Part shown: positions 13,733-27,542 of the stretch, piece after piece
How positions within the stretch are numbered: position 1 is the stretch's first letter
Layout of the letters: each line of letters opens with the position of its first letter
Notes under the pieces: model-generated
The model's database searches: none
What the model was told of the DNA's origin: nothing
Seen by the model: the letters and a program-made list of their open reading frames with translations, nothing else
Translations under genes and position numbers: made by a program
Origin: Paraspadella gotoi
Taxonomy: Eukaryota > Animalia > Chaetognatha
Direction of reading: 5' to 3'
NCBI GenBank assembly: GCA_051294375.1
Contig: CM119268.1
Coordinates: 16,231,528-16,295,527, forward strand
DNA length: 64,000 bases

Positions 13733-14107
13733 CAAAGTGACGTCGAGGCTTTCAACAACTCCGTCCTCGATTTGGCTTCGTCATCGACGTCCTTCTCCTT
13801 CCGCTCAACGTCTTTCCCGTCGTCGGCCGTCGTCGGTCGTTGTGTCGTTGTCGTCGATGTCTCGTCATCGACGCGTAATTTTTCGCCCCGTTTTTCCGAG
13901 CGGACAATCTCAGGCCTTTGTGTGGAAATAACAACGACAACGAGGATCAAAGAGTCAACTATCTCAAATAATGTTTTTTTTGTTGTTTTTGTTATTGATA
14001 CACTATTTCTTAATATTTAATTATTTAATATTTACAAAACATATCTGCACTCTTTAGAGATAAACCTAAGAGTAGATATTGCATCTACTAGATAAAGAGC
14101 TCTCCAT
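10193..14107 (+). repeat. Third copy of the palindrome-arm unit (direct copy of ~4837-9670), lacking the MITE
   Basis: Collinear with the right arm and its downstream flank. It lacks 5511-6126 and ~6493-6839, has extra (TTA)n at ~11218-11362, and starts right after an N gap. Confidence 0.9.
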
Positions 14108-16802
14108 ATATATATATATATATATAGATAGTGGGGAGAGATATATACAGCTCTTTCCCATCTCCGTCCGTCCCCTTCCTCTCATACATCCCTCAACTCG
14201 ACTCATAAAAAAATCCATCCGGGGGGCAACGCCTCGAGGGCGGGAAAAGAGAGATTCAGCTGCTCAGCTCAACGGTCACAAGTCGGAGGGCACAGAAAAT
14301 CCTCCATCTCCCTCTTATATTTTGTACATAACGTGCCTTAACTATACTTTTAAGACTTATACTTAGAACCGCATATCTTTACTACCATCTTTACCTGATG
14401 AGAGACTAAATTAGATATACCCTTTAAGCTAGAACCCCACAACAGCCTCTTACAATCGACAGTGACGCGGCCGCCACACAGGCCTCTCCCCAAGGTTTAA
14501 CCTTGCCCAGAAATTTAGTTTCCCTGCTCTACCCGACTAACTGGCTTAACCCCGGCAAACCCCTCCCAACCACCCTAATTTTTTTCTTCCAATCTTTTCT
14601 AAAATCTTAATTTTTTGTTTTTCATCATAATCTTCTTCTAATCTGTTTCATCGTGCAAAAAAAAAAATTAAACAAAAACACTTTTAATTCTACCTAATTC
14701 CTTTCGCAACAAACAAAATTATCTCTCATCGCGCAAAAACGTGTGAAAATAAAAATTTTATCCATTTCAATTTTTCATAGCGGCCACGAAGAGGAAAAAG
14801 ACGAAAACAAAGAACTTGGTCCAATGGCCATCTCATAAATCAAACAGTATAGTCACTAACCCGCCCTTTTTTCTCTTTTTAGCTAATTCGGGACACTTAG
14901 TTGTTGTACTGTACACATAATAACATCGTAATCTTTCTCTCCCTTTTAGCATAGATAATCCGGGACATTAATTGATCTTTTAAGCAAGATAATGCCGGGA
15001 CCAGTTTGTAATGTAATTGTTCCCCTTAGTAATTTTTCCCTTACTATTTTTTATTGATCTCCCTTACTACCTCAAAATTCACAATTTTTGAATAGTTTTC
15101 GATTTTTAGTATTCTATTCTCTGACTTCACGGTTGAAATTTAACTCTACATAACTGCCTCAAACTGTCCTACCCGGCCGTGCACATTACTTCCAACTTTA
15201 AATTTTTAATCTGTATTTCTTATCGTGTTTGCATCACTGTAAAGAACGCCCAATGTCCCTTTTCTTTGCCTTTTTATTGTCCACAGTAATTGAATTAATT
15301 TTTTCCATGTCGATACTTTAAAAAATATTTTAAAAACAACAAGTCACCATTCGTTTTTTATTAATATCAGCGCTATTTTCCAAACTCTCCATTTTTCAGA
15401 TCCTCCATAACACCTTACTATTTTTCCTCACGTCATTTCCGACTTTCGATTCCTCTAATCAACTAAAGCTCTATTACGAGATTTTCATTGAATCACATAT
15501 TTCATCTATCTATTTCATTTTATAATATTTACTTTTTGATTCACATCTTTTTCGATTTTTATTGGCTCCAACAACATTAACCTCACGCACCGATTTTCCG
15601 ACTTTCGATTCACTAATGCACCATTTCGATTTTCCATCTTTTAACTCAAACCATTTTTCGATTTTTTATTATTGTTTACTATTTTGACCGGCACCGAATT
15701 TCGATCTTCTTTCCCTAAAAATATCATTTTTTTTCTAATCTTTAACTAGCCTATCATCTTCACCCGAATTTCTTTGGCTGACTCAAAACTGATCTCTCCT
15801 AGTCTTCACTGAATGGAATTTCGACTAGGAGCGGCGCCAGTTCTTTTACTAACCCTTCCCCTCCTTGACCCCCGATCCTCCGATCTCAGCGCCGTTTTTC
15901 CTTCACTCTGGACCGGCCTCTTCTTTCTCCGGCCCTCCCTTTTCTTCTCTCTTTTAAGCTGGCACCTACTCTATCTCGCTCATCCCTTCATTCGAGAAAA
16001 CAGCTGCGACAAGGGAGGAATGTCCATGCTCTGGCGTCGGAAAAGACGACGCGGGGACCCTCCCACACCCTGCTCACTCGATGCTTCGCCCTCTCTCTGC
16101 TCTCTCCATTTCGACTTCCAAACCCAAAAAAAAGATCGTTGATGCTCTTCCTTCTCATTCTCCATTCTCCTCTGACTTTTCGAGTCACGCTGATTGGCTT
16201 CAGCTCCATTCTCCCTTCTCCTTCTCTCTCCCTCTCCCTCCTCTCTCTCTTCTCCTCCCGGCCGAAATCTTCTCTCTCTTTGCCTCACTTGCTGCACACG
16301 TTCACGTCGTCACGGGCGTGTTCAGGCACGCAAGTAAAACAAAAAAAACGGACCAGAATCGATTGTGAACCTCTCATGCCTCAACCATCAATTCTCCCCC
16401 CCCTTCTCGTCTCTCTCTCCTCTCTCTCCGTCTCTGTCGTCTCGCTATCCGTCTCTCATCGTCGTCTCACTATAAAATAAAAGAATAAAAAAAAATCTAT
16501 TCAGTTGATGTTTTTTCACGTGACGTGATCGCATTCCGGTTCTGGCCACCGTTTTGCCTCACACCGCTCCTCTCTCCCTCTCCTCCTCGCCTTCCGTCAC
16601 TGTTTTCTTCCTTTCGATCACTCTGTCTCCTGCTCTCTCTCTCTCCCTCTCGCCCCTCCCTCTCTCTCATGGTGAAATTCTTTTTTTTAACTTTCTTAAC
16701 TTAATGTTTTTTTTTTAAGCTTTATTACATTGTTTTTTTTTTTGTTTTTGTTCTTTTGTTTGTTTTGTTTTTTGTTTNNNNNNNNNNNNNNNNNNNNNNN
16801 NN

Positions 16803-16931
16803 TCTTTTCAGTCTTTTGTTCTTTCCCAGGATTTTTTCGTTTTCGTTGCTTGATGGTTTTTTTCTCGTTTCCGACCAAGGGACTCGACAATTTCGCATAC
16901 CTCTTCCCTCCCTCTCTCTCTCCTCCTCTCT

Positions 16932-17005
<74 letters not shown>

Positions 17006-17424
17006 AAGTTAGTCTTGGAGAACTCCGAATAAGAAAATGCCACAAAGTTGCAGCAAGGTTTAAACGATTCAGTATTTAAGTGGAAACCATTTTTCACTGT
17101 AAAATTTTCATTTGTAAAATCAATTAGTTAATATCTGCGGATAAACTTTCGAAACTTGTTTGAAAAAAAAAGGATTATAATAGAAAACTATTCAAAAAAA
17201 TATTGATTACTTGAGAAAAGAAAGAATATAGAAAGAAAAGAAAGAAAGAAAGTCTAGAATGAATATATACATGTGACATAAGCTGTAAATTATATCATCA
17301 CTCGTTGGCTATGACAATAAAAATATTAAAATACAAATTAAATTTATCCTGAGACAAGCGGAAGAAGCTTAAAGAGATAAAGCGACGTAGAGAGAGGAGA
17401 GAGAGAGGAAGAGAGGAGAGAGAG

Positions 17425-17460
<36 letters not shown>

Positions 17461-18290
17461 GAGAGAGCCAAAGTGACGTTCAGGCTCTTTCAACAACTCC
17501 GTCCTCGATTTGGCTTCGTCATCGACGTCCTCCTTCCGCTCAACGTCTTCCCGTCGTCGTCGTCGTCGTTGTCGTCGATGTCTCGTCATCGACGCGTAAT
17601 TTTCCGCCTCGTCTTTCCGAGCGACAATCTCAGGCCGCTTGGAAATAACAACGACAACGACGGATACAGAGTCAACTATCTCAAATAATGTTTTTTTTTT
17701 GTTTTGTTATTGATACACTATTCTTAATATTTAATTATTTAATATTTACAAAACATATCTGCACTCTTTAGAGTCTCATAACCTAAGAGTAGATATTAGA
17801 TTCTACTAGATAAAGAGCTCTCCATATTTAGTCCTATTTATTTATCCTGTATCCCTGTAGCTTTATTTCACCATTTTCAGTCAATGCTTTTCTTTGTCCA
17901 CCTTTCGATCTTCACAATTTGATCTCCTCCCTTTCTCTTATACCCTTTCTATCTCCCCATTCCCTTTCTATCTCCCCATTCCCTTTCTATTCTTATCTAT
18001 CCAACCTTTTAACTCCCCTTCCTTCCTTTCNNNNNNNNNNNNNNNNNNNNNNNNNNNNNNNNNNNNNNNNNNNNNNNNNNNNNNNNNNNNNNNNNNNNNN
18101 NNNNNNNNNNNNNNNNNNNNNNNNNNNNNNNNNNNNNNNCCGCCATAAACCTCGTATCCTTTCCCCTGGCATCGCGGGGGAAACTTCTTCATATTCCTTC
18201 GCATCCTGTTACTCTGCTTTTCTTTCTTGTCTCCGGTCTTCCGCCTTCAGCTTTGCCTATCGTCGAGTTGCCAACTGTCCCAGCACACGC
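16803..18290 (+). repeat. Fourth, partial copy of the same unit (matches ~8574-10165)
   Basis: Shares blocks such as gattcagtatttaagtggaaaccattttt and gtcctcgatttggcttcgtcatc. Starts after an N gap and contains another. Confidence 0.88.
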
Positions 18291-19111
18291 GCCCGATGTT
18301 TGTTTAAAAAAATATTCATTAGTTTAGATTAGTTTTTAACAATCATTCAGAATTGTCCCGTCGTTTCTAAGCATTTTTTACAGAATCATTTTACAAATAT
18401 TAAATCATGAAATATATTTGAATTTTGATAATATCAGAATTGTATTACTTTTCGTCACTTGTTTCACTATTTTAAGTATTAGATTTCATAATATGCATTA
18501 AAATTACATATTATAAATTTTTTTTAATTGTTACCGGTGTACCATTAAAAAAAACATCATATTAACCGTATAATTTGCTTAATGAAGAAAAATAAAACCT
18601 TGGTTTTAACCAACTAAAATTACTTTTAACGAATGTAATAACGTGAACACAAAAAAAATGAAGACTTTGAAGAAAATCACAGGAAATTCTTGCAAGCAAT
18701 TGATCGCTAGGAAATGGCAGCAAGCAATTTTTTTAAAGCAAAAGAATAAATTCGCTCTGAAAAAAAAACAATAAAAGGAAATTGAGACCCGGATTTTTAA
18801 AAGTCGGTTTTGTGTTGACGCCGAAAAATAGAACCGGAAAAGTGGAACGACGCCGACAGATGCCGAGAGATACCGGCAGATGCCGGATGTTTGGCGGAAT
18901 TTCCTTTCTTTTTGTATATCGAGTCGACGCGAGAGACCATCGGCTTTATTTGGCGAAGGTCAAATGACTTTTTCGCTCTCTCTGTCTCTATCTCTCTCTC
19001 TCTGTCTCTCTCTGTCTCTCTCTCTCTTTCTCTCCCTCTCTTTCACTCTATCTCTCTCTCTTTTTCTTATCGCTGCTTTGTTTTTCCTATCGCTCCTTGT
19101 ACCCAATCACA

Positions 19112-19148
<37 letters not shown>

Positions 19149-19300
19149 NNNNNNNNNNNNNNNNNNNNNNNNNNNNNNNNNNNNNNNNNNNNNNNNNNNN
19201 NNNNNNNNNNNNNNNNNNNNNNNNNNNNNNNNNNNNNNNNNNNNNNNNNNNNNNNNNNNNNNNNNNNNNNNNNNNNNNNNNNNNNNNNNNNNNNNNNNNN

Positions 19301-19335
<35 letters not shown>

Positions 19336-19920
19336 AAGCCACTCTTACCATGCAACGATCCGTCTCTCTCTCGTCGGCACTTAGCTTTCTATTTCTCGAT
19401 CTCAATGTTTCCCTCTTTCACGAATATGCCTTTTGATGCGGAGGGTGGAAGAGAACCAGAAAGGGAATAGGGAAGAAAACAGAAAAAGGGAAAAAAAATA
19501 AATAGAAGAAAAATAGAAACAGCAAAAAGAAAATAGAAACAAAAAATAAAATAATCAAATAATAAAAATAAAAATAGAAAGAGAAGGAGGAAAATATAAA
19601 CGGAAGAAAGAGAGAAGGGGAAAACATAAAAATGCAGTGAAGTAGGAGAAAGGAAAAAAAATTGTAAATGGAATGGAACATAAGCAGAAATCGAAATGGC
19701 GCCCGTCTTCAAAAGGCGACGACGACGACAATGACGACGATAACTAAGATGACGAAGTAGACAATAATGATGACCCGAGACAATAAGGACAACAATGACG
19801 ATGACGTTAATGACCATAATGAAAGAGACAATCATCATTGATCATTGATCAATGATCATGTCAATGTAGTCGGGTATTGCATAAGTTCACCCCGCCTATA
19901 AGCATGACACCTTCAGTCAT

Positions 19921-20140
19921 GACCCGGTGGCTCATTGAGTAAGCCATCAGCTCATGACCACTAGGTACCGCGTTCAATCCCAACCCGGTACCTACCCTGC
20001 GGGAAGCGTGAGGACGGTCCTCAACCGCCTTGGGAGCCTGGAAAGCCTGGTTTCAAGCCCAGAACCCGTTCCATGGCTGCTGAGCGGGCATAGAAGTTAC
20101 GGATAGTAGTCTTCAGCCCACTTCGAAGCCTTATCAACAT
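19921..20140 (+). mobile_element. tRNA-derived SINE-like element
   Basis: Pol III A-box-like TGGCTCATTGAG (19928-19939) and B-box-like CGTTCAATCCC (19971-19981) at tRNA spacing, followed by a GC-rich structured body. It sits in (GAC/GAT)n low-complexity DNA and is not an intact cloverleaf. Confidence 0.65.
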
Positions 20141-21640
20141 CAATGTCGATGAAAATGACGAGGACGATGACCCTGACCAATAAGATGACGACGATAAAGA
20201 TAACGACAACGTTAATGACCGCAATGACAACGAAAAGGATGACGATGACCGCAAAGAGGTCGAGCGCAAAGACATTGTGTGTTCGGTCACACGACACCCG
20301 CTCCCAATTTAAAATCTGTGAAGCGGAAGAATCGTATCCCCGCGGTTGCCCTCGGCACCACGTGACCCGATCGTCATGGAGTGAGGATCTCGGATTCCGT
20401 CAGACGAGACATTTTCGGGTCAAGTTGACAAGGATTAAACATACGAAAAGTAATTAAACATTTAAAGAAAATTTGGTGAATCATACATCAGATCAACGAA
20501 TAAGTAAGAAGGGAAATTTCCCCATCGCTTGAATTCTCTTAGTCACTTCTACTTTTTTTTTCCTCTCTTCCTTTTTCTTCATCCCTTACTCATCCTAACA
20601 CAACTTTCCTCTCTTCTCGCCCTTCATTTCCCCTCGAACCAATTCGTTTCAACATTCTCCCTTCCCCCCCTCGCTCCCTTTTTCTTATTTCCCCTTCACC
20701 CTTCCCCCCTTTCCCCTCCGCCTTCCCCTTTTTCGCTTCCCCGCTTCTTTTCATTCCCCACGAAAAATCTTTCTTTCTCTCTCGATTCTTGAAAACAACA
20801 AATGGACCAGAATCCGAGAGGAAACCCGCGGGTCGCCCCTCTCCGCCGCCGGGCTTGGCATCCGTCGTCGTCGTTGTCGTCGTCGTGGTTGACGTTGTCA
20901 TCGTCGGAGTCGTTGTCATCGTGGTCGTTGTCGTTATCGTTGTTGTCTTCGGCAGCCGTGTCGTCTTTATCATGTTCGTCTGAGTTATCGACGTTATCAT
21001 TGTCATTGTTCTCATCGTCGTTGTTGCTGTCGGCAACGTTGTTGTCATCGTTGACGTCGTAGTCAACTTGGCCGTGAATTTGATTGTTTAGCTTTTTTAA
21101 AGATGTAATCATTAAAATATATACTCTTTGTCGTCATGATGTCATCATCTGTGGCATCAACATTGTCGTCTCCGCTGACAAGTATTTCCGTCACCTCGAT
21201 TTTCTCATCCTCGTTTCATCGCATTCGAAGGCGAATTAGTAATGATTATCAATCGTCGCCCCTTCATTTCGCTTTCTTCTTTCCAAGTCTTCTTTCATTC
21301 TTTCCACAGTCCACAACCCCACTTCGCCCCTCCTGCCAACTCCCCCACCTTCTTCCGCCACCCGCTTTCGGTTCAACCTCACCCGTGGACGTTTCAAAGC
21401 TGACCCCTTCCCTCTGATTTGGTTGACGAAAAAACACACTCTCTCTCTCTCTCTCTCTGTCTGTCTCTCTCTCTCTCTCCAGTCTTCTCACTTCGGCCTT
21501 TCCTTTCCCTACTTAAATCTTCAAGCCTCTTGCCCATCCTTCTTTTGTTTGTCTCGCATACCTTTACCTTTGCATTAATCTCTATACCATCTCCAACGAT
21601 TCCCGCTCTCTTTTTACTTTCCTCTTTTTTTTTTCTAGGC

Positions 21641-21816
21641 TTTTTTTTAGTTGCGCCGCGAGTACTCGCGGAGCAACTCTATAAGTCACTTTTCGGTCGG
21701 TCGGTCGGTCTGTCAGTACATCGGTCCGTCGGTATCTCTGTCCGTTGGTCTGCTTATAACTTGCCTATTTGTTAAAAATCAAATCTAAGCGACTACTGGC
21801 GCCGCCTTTTGTTTTT
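21641..21816 (+). mobile_element. DINE-1/HINE-like non-autonomous Helentron-type element
   Basis: T-run, then TAGTTGC with a nearby inverted copy GCAACT around the palindrome CCGCGAGTACTCGCGG. This is followed by a (GGTC/GTCC)n microsatellite, a 3-prime sub-terminal GCGACTA, a short GC-rich segment and a T-run, matching the HINE layout. Confidence 0.6.
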
Positions 21817-23369
21817 AAAGAAATCCTATAAACTATAAGGAATAAATGACATGATAAGTAAAAAGAAAAGTAATGCGGCGCAACACCTTGGATTAACCGT
21901 TCCTTGTTCCTTTGCGCTTTTCCTTATTCCTTTCTTTCCTCCCTCCTCGTCGCCGGGAGCGGTGGGCCAACTTCGACTTGACCCAAACGCCGTTTATTGT
22001 TTTATTACGACATCGAAAACAACCGGGGTTGCGGAGGCGGAAGAAGAAGAAAGGGGACGGAGGGGGGAAGGTGGCACAGAAAGGAGGGGGGGACAGGGGT
22101 GGGGGAAGTTGGCGGGAAAAAGAGGGGGAGGTCGCTGAGGGTGTGAGGGAAGATAAGGACAAGCGAGAGAAATGAACAAAAGAAACCTCTCTTATATAAA
22201 AATATTCTAAAAGATAAAGAGGTAAAAGACGACAGACAAGATTCAAAAAAAAAAAAAAAGAGGAATAAAAAAAAGGAAAGAAAAAAGAAAGAAATGAGGG
22301 CGATTACGACAAAGAAAGGGTCGACACTCGGCGCCGGTTATTGCGCGTCTTTGACCCTCGCGCGGTTCCATTCGGCGTCGGCGGCCGGAGGGCGTCGCGC
22401 CGTCGTTTCCGGCGCCGAGGATTTCTCGGTGCCGCTGAACCTTGGGGTTTGTGCGTTTCTACCTGAGATGGCGACGTTTCATTGTGCATTGTGCAATGTG
22501 CAATGTGCAATGAGAATCGCCGATGTCGTTTGATTTCAAATCGTTCAAGAATCGCAAAGAGTCGACGGCGATGATCGAGTTTTGAAGTTTATAGTCATAG
22601 CGGCGAACCGGTAGCGTAGATAAGTCGAGGATTCTATTTAAGGTAAAACTCATGGATTTCTTGGATGACACACGCAGGAGTCCATATCAATTCTACTGAA
22701 ACTAAGGAAAGCTAGGTCAGTTTATATCTAGAGAAGAGGATCGAAGCCAAGAGTTGTTTTGAGTTTTGACAGTTCCATGGGTTCTGCAAGCTGATTGGTC
22801 GACTCCGATTCTTCCTTGACCAATCATGATTCGACGATTCCGATTTCGCGGAGATCGCCCGATCCTTCGATCCGATTCTGCTTTGGGTCAGGTTGATTGT
22901 CCTGCGATGATACGTTCAACGCGATTAAGCGTCAACTAAAACAACGAAACAACGAAACTAAATTTCGTTATTAGGTTAGGGTTTAGGAATAAGCGTTAAG
23001 AACTAAGGTTGTGGGTTTGGTTATGGTTTTTTAACAGATTAAAGTTAAATATTAGTGTTAAAATTAAAGCCCAGGAATCAAGGTCGCCTTTGAAAAAAAG
23101 AGCCATGGTATTTTTTTTTTTTTTTTTTGTAAATTTCAGTGCTCTATTTTGTTCCTTTATTTTTTTGCAGTAACTATTGCTTAAACAAACAATGGACTCG
23201 CACACTCATAAAATTTTTCTTTTCTTATCTTTCTTTTTCTTTTCTATTTCTTTTCTTTCACCACAGGCGACAACACAGATTCTTAGCGCTTTTCGCGAAC
23301 TAACATTATCGAACCTTTTATTTTTACAGTGCGGACACAACCATTCTTGTGACTCCTATTCTCTCTCTC

Positions 23370-23419
<50 letters not shown>

Positions 23420-24049
23420 TCTCTCTCTCTCTCTCTCTCTCTCTCTTTTCTTCACCATTCTTGCCTCCCAATCGCTTCCAATGCGGTTGCACCTTCTGCA
23501 ATCGATGGCTCTTTGCTTCGTTACAAAATGGGGTTCAATGGTAGAGGCTAAATAGAAAATGTTTGACGACGTCAGGTCACCAAAAAAGTTGACTGGAAGT
23601 AAAATAGATATTGCCGGGCTGAAAATGAGAAATATACAATCAAATATTACTATTTTAGGTGAGAGGAAATATTATTATAATAAAATATTAATAACGTGAG
23701 TGGTCCATAATCCACATTGTGATTGTGGTGTAAATAGGGCTGGCAATGGCAAAAGACAATTGACACCATTTGAATTTGATTTAAAGATTTAAAATGTATA
23801 TCGAGTTATATAAAATAAACAAACATTCAGGTTACCGAAGAAAATCTTCAATCGCTTCAGTTTTTCTTCAATCGCTATTCGTTCACAGTTTTCTCCGTCG
23901 GCCGAAGTCGCTTCCACGAGACTTAATCGTTCAGCGCCCGAAGTCAGCAAACGTTTTCTGTCTCAACTTTTGACCCGACTCGCTCTCGCTCTCGCACTCG
24001 CTCTCACGCTGCGTCCAAAACAGATCCTTTTCACTTTTTCAATCTTATT

Positions 24050-24275
24050 TCTCCCACGCATTGGACCACTTTCAACACCCATGACCGAATCCGGCATCGG
24101 CTCGATTTTTTGACACAGCGATTCCCACACGACCACGCCTTTCCCCCTACCCACGTCATCTGCCGCCACTGAGCCGTCAGTCCCCGGCCTTTTCCGCCCC
24201 GCCACTCCCTGCCCCGGCCCTTCCCTTTAACGGCCGCACGCGCCAACCAGTTTTTTGCCCCCCGCGCCGAAGATG
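24050..24275. promoter_or_regulatory. GC/CpG-rich promoter-like island
   Basis: Local high GC with ATTGG (CCAAT), CCACGTCA (bZIP-type), CCGCCCCGCC (GC box) and CGCGCCAA (E2F-like). No transcript evidence. Confidence 0.3.
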
Positions 24276-24522
24276 ACCCCATTCTTCCTTAACGACAACA
24301 AACCCCCGACGGTACGAGACATTGTTGCAGTTTGTTCTTTCTCTCTCTCTGTTCTTCTCTCTCTCTCTCTCCAATCTCTCTCTTCTCTCTACTCTCTCAT
24401 TCTCCTCTCTCTCTTCTCTCTCCATCTCTCTCTCTCTTCTCTCTTTCTCTCTCTCTTTCTTTGTGTTTGTCTTTCGAGAGAGCTCTCTCGCCTTGACCTC
24501 GAGCCCTCCCCTAGGACGAAGA

Positions 24523-24554
<32 letters not shown>

Positions 24555-24559
24555 TCTCT

Positions 24560-25483
24560 CCTAAGATAGACTCCCACGCCTCCCGTGTTCGTCGCTGATT
24601 TGACAGGGACCACGAGAAATAACTGGCAATATACTGTAATAAAATGAAAATGTGGCGAGGGCGGCTTGAATAAAATTGTCGACTGTTTACTGACAACTAT
24701 CCAATTCTATCATCATTTGTTGTTTCTAATAATTCTATTAGAATTATTTTTTTTCCTAGAGAACAATAGAATTAGCGATCTTTTTTTCTTCTCAGTTTCT
24801 TATGAAGCGTCGACTTTTCTTGACTTACTGTTCTCATGACTGAGATGCTTCTTTTTCCAATTCAGACTTCAGCGCATTTTGGCAAAGTCTCGACGTCATT
24901 TCTTTTCCACTTTTAAGCATTTTTTACGTGTATTATTTTGATAAGTTCAAGTATCTGGACTAACTTAATTTGATAACCTTTTAGTTTGACGCCTTTTGTT
25001 AGGATTTTGATTCCAAATATTAATCACAGTTTTACAATTGCATGGTTCTCCTTTCTTACATTTTTGTTTTCTTTCGCCTCAACTCAAAACATTTCATAGA
25101 GTTTGGGTGAGGAAGAAACGAGGACGTCAATGTCAACGGACAACTTCAAAGGTCAACTTTGTTTTGGAGCATTCACGAATCAAGTTTGAGTTATGAAAAT
25201 CAAGTGATTGAGCTATATCACTGAGATACTTTTTGATTCCCTATTCAGCGATTGGCGGGTAGAATCAGTCAAAAAGAATCTTAGACTTTTTTCTTAACTT
25301 AGGCTTAGTTAGAAAAAAAAAAAATCATATGCCGAGCCATTTAGCGTTAAACGATCCACAGTATCCCCACCCCACTCGTTTCTTTGTCCTTATAATGCGC
25401 TGAGCAGCCGCGTACTCCCCGCCTCTTTTTATTTCATGGCAACGGTTTTCCCATCGCTTCTTCTCCCTCTCCTCTCTCTCTCC

Positions 25484-25536
<53 letters not shown>

Positions 25537-26798
25537 GCCACGCGCTAGCGTCTCCGTCTGCTCATAACACCGGCGGATGGCGGACGTTGCGGGGAAGAAG
25601 TCAACCGCCCGGCAAAAAGTTTGAATGCCAGTCTTGAATTAATGAGGAAGCCACGGGAATCCGCCCGGAAGGATGAAAGATCAAGGCCGCCAATGATGGA
25701 GTTGGAGGCGGGAGGGAGGGGGGGTGTGATTGTGGCTGGATTAGTGATAGATAAATGTGGGGAGTCCATATTGAGGGGTATCTCTCTCCTTTTTNNNNNN
25801 NNNNNNNNNNNNNNNNNNNTCTCTCTCTCTCTCTCTCTCTCCTAAGATAGACTCCCACGCCTCCCGTGTTCGTCGCTGATTTGACAGGGACCACGAGAAA
25901 TACTGGCAATATACTGTAATAAAATGAAAATGGTGGCGAGGGCGGCTATGATAAAATTGTCGACTGTTTACTGACAACTATCAATTCTATCATCATTTGT
26001 TGTTTCTAATAATTCTATTTAGAATTATTTTTTTTCCTCAAGATACAATAGAATTAGGATCTTTTTTTGCTTTCTCACGTTTCTCTTATGAAGCGTCGAC
26101 TTTTCTTGACTTACTTTCTCATGACTTGAGATGCTTCTTTTTCCAATTCAGACTTCAGCGCATTTTGGCAAAGTCTCGACGTCATTTCTTTTCCACTTTT
26201 AAGCATTTTTTTACTTATCTATTTTATAAGTTCAAGTATCTGGGACTAATCGTTAATTTGATGAACCTTTAGTTTTGACCGCTTTTGGTTGATTTTGATT
26301 CCAAGATATTAATCACAGTTTACAATTGGCATGGTTTCTCCTTTCTTACATTTTGTTTTCTTTCGCTCAACTCAAAACATTCGATAGAGTTTGGGTGAGA
26401 AAACGAGGCGTCAAGTGTCAAACGGGACAACTTCAAAGGTCAACTTGTTTTTGGAGAGTTCACGAATCAAGTTTGAGTTTGAAAATCAAGTGATTGAGCT
26501 ATATCACTCAGATAGCTTTTTGATTCCCTATTCAGGATTGGCGGGTAGAATCAGTCAAAAAGAATCCTTAGACTTTTTTCTTAACTTACAGGCTTAGTTA
26601 GAAAAAAAAATCATATGCCGAGCCATGTTAGCGTTAAACGTATCCCAGTATCCCCACCCCACTCGTTCTTTTCCTTAATAATCGCTGAGCAGCGCCTACC
26701 TCCCCGCCTCTTTTTATTTCATGCAACGGTTTTCCCATCGCCTCTCTCTCTCTCCCTTCTCTCCTCTCTCTCTCTCTCTCTCCCTTCTCTCTCTCTCT

Positions 26799-26839
<41 letters not shown>

Positions 26840-27252
26840 CCGGCGCCAACGCGCTAGCGTCTCCGTCTGCTCATAACAACCGGCGGACTGGCGGACGTTG
26901 GCGGGGAAAGAAGGTCAACCGCCCGGTAAAAAGTTTGATGCCAGTCTTGAATTAATAGCGAAGCCAACGGGAATCCGCCGGAGGATGAAAGATAAGGGCC
27001 GCCAATGATGGAGTTGGAGGCGGGGGGAAGGAGGGGGTTGTGATTGTGGCTGGATTAGTGAATAGGATAAAGTTGCGGGGAGTCCATATTGAGGGGTATC
27101 TCTCTCCTTTTTNNNNNNNNNNNNNNNNNNNNNNNNNCGTCTCGTCTGCTCATAACAACCGGCGGATGGCGGACGTTTGGCGGGGAAAGAAGTCAACCGC
27201 CCGGAAAAGTTGATGCAGTCTTGAATTAATGGGAAGCCACGGGAATCCGCCG
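24560..27252 (+). repeat. ~1.28 kb tandem duplication (24560-25794, 25841-27112) plus a partial third copy (27138-27252)
   Basis: Both full copies start cctaagatagactcccacgcc and end gggtatctctctcctttt just before an N gap. Differences are mostly 1-bp indels. Confidence 0.9.
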
Positions 27253-27542
27253 NNNNNNNNNNNNNNNNNNNNNNNNNNNNNNNNNNNNNNNNNNNNNNNN
27301 NNNNNNNNNNNNNNNNNNNNNNNNNNNNNNNNNNNNNNNNNNNNNNNNNNNNNNNNNNNNNNNNNNNNNNNNNNNNNNNNNNNNNNNNNNNNNNNNNNNN
27401 NNNNNNNNNNNNNNNNNNNNNNNNNNNNNNNNNNNNNNNNNNNNNNTTCAAGTCGCTGAGGGCTCAAAGGCTAGTTTGTTTTTTTAGATTTCCTTAAACT
27501 TCTCTGATTCAGTAGTATGTACAAATTTATAGTATTTAAAAG

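Noticed and set aside
19921-19992. Functional tRNA gene (also 57688-57758)
   Set aside because: A and B boxes are present, but the acceptor and anticodon stems do not pair properly and there is no T-run terminator. Treated as SINE heads.
22459-22930. Coding-looking stretch (70-aa ORF and upstream frame)
   Set aside because: In-frame stops, no recognisable family, and no consistent splice structure.
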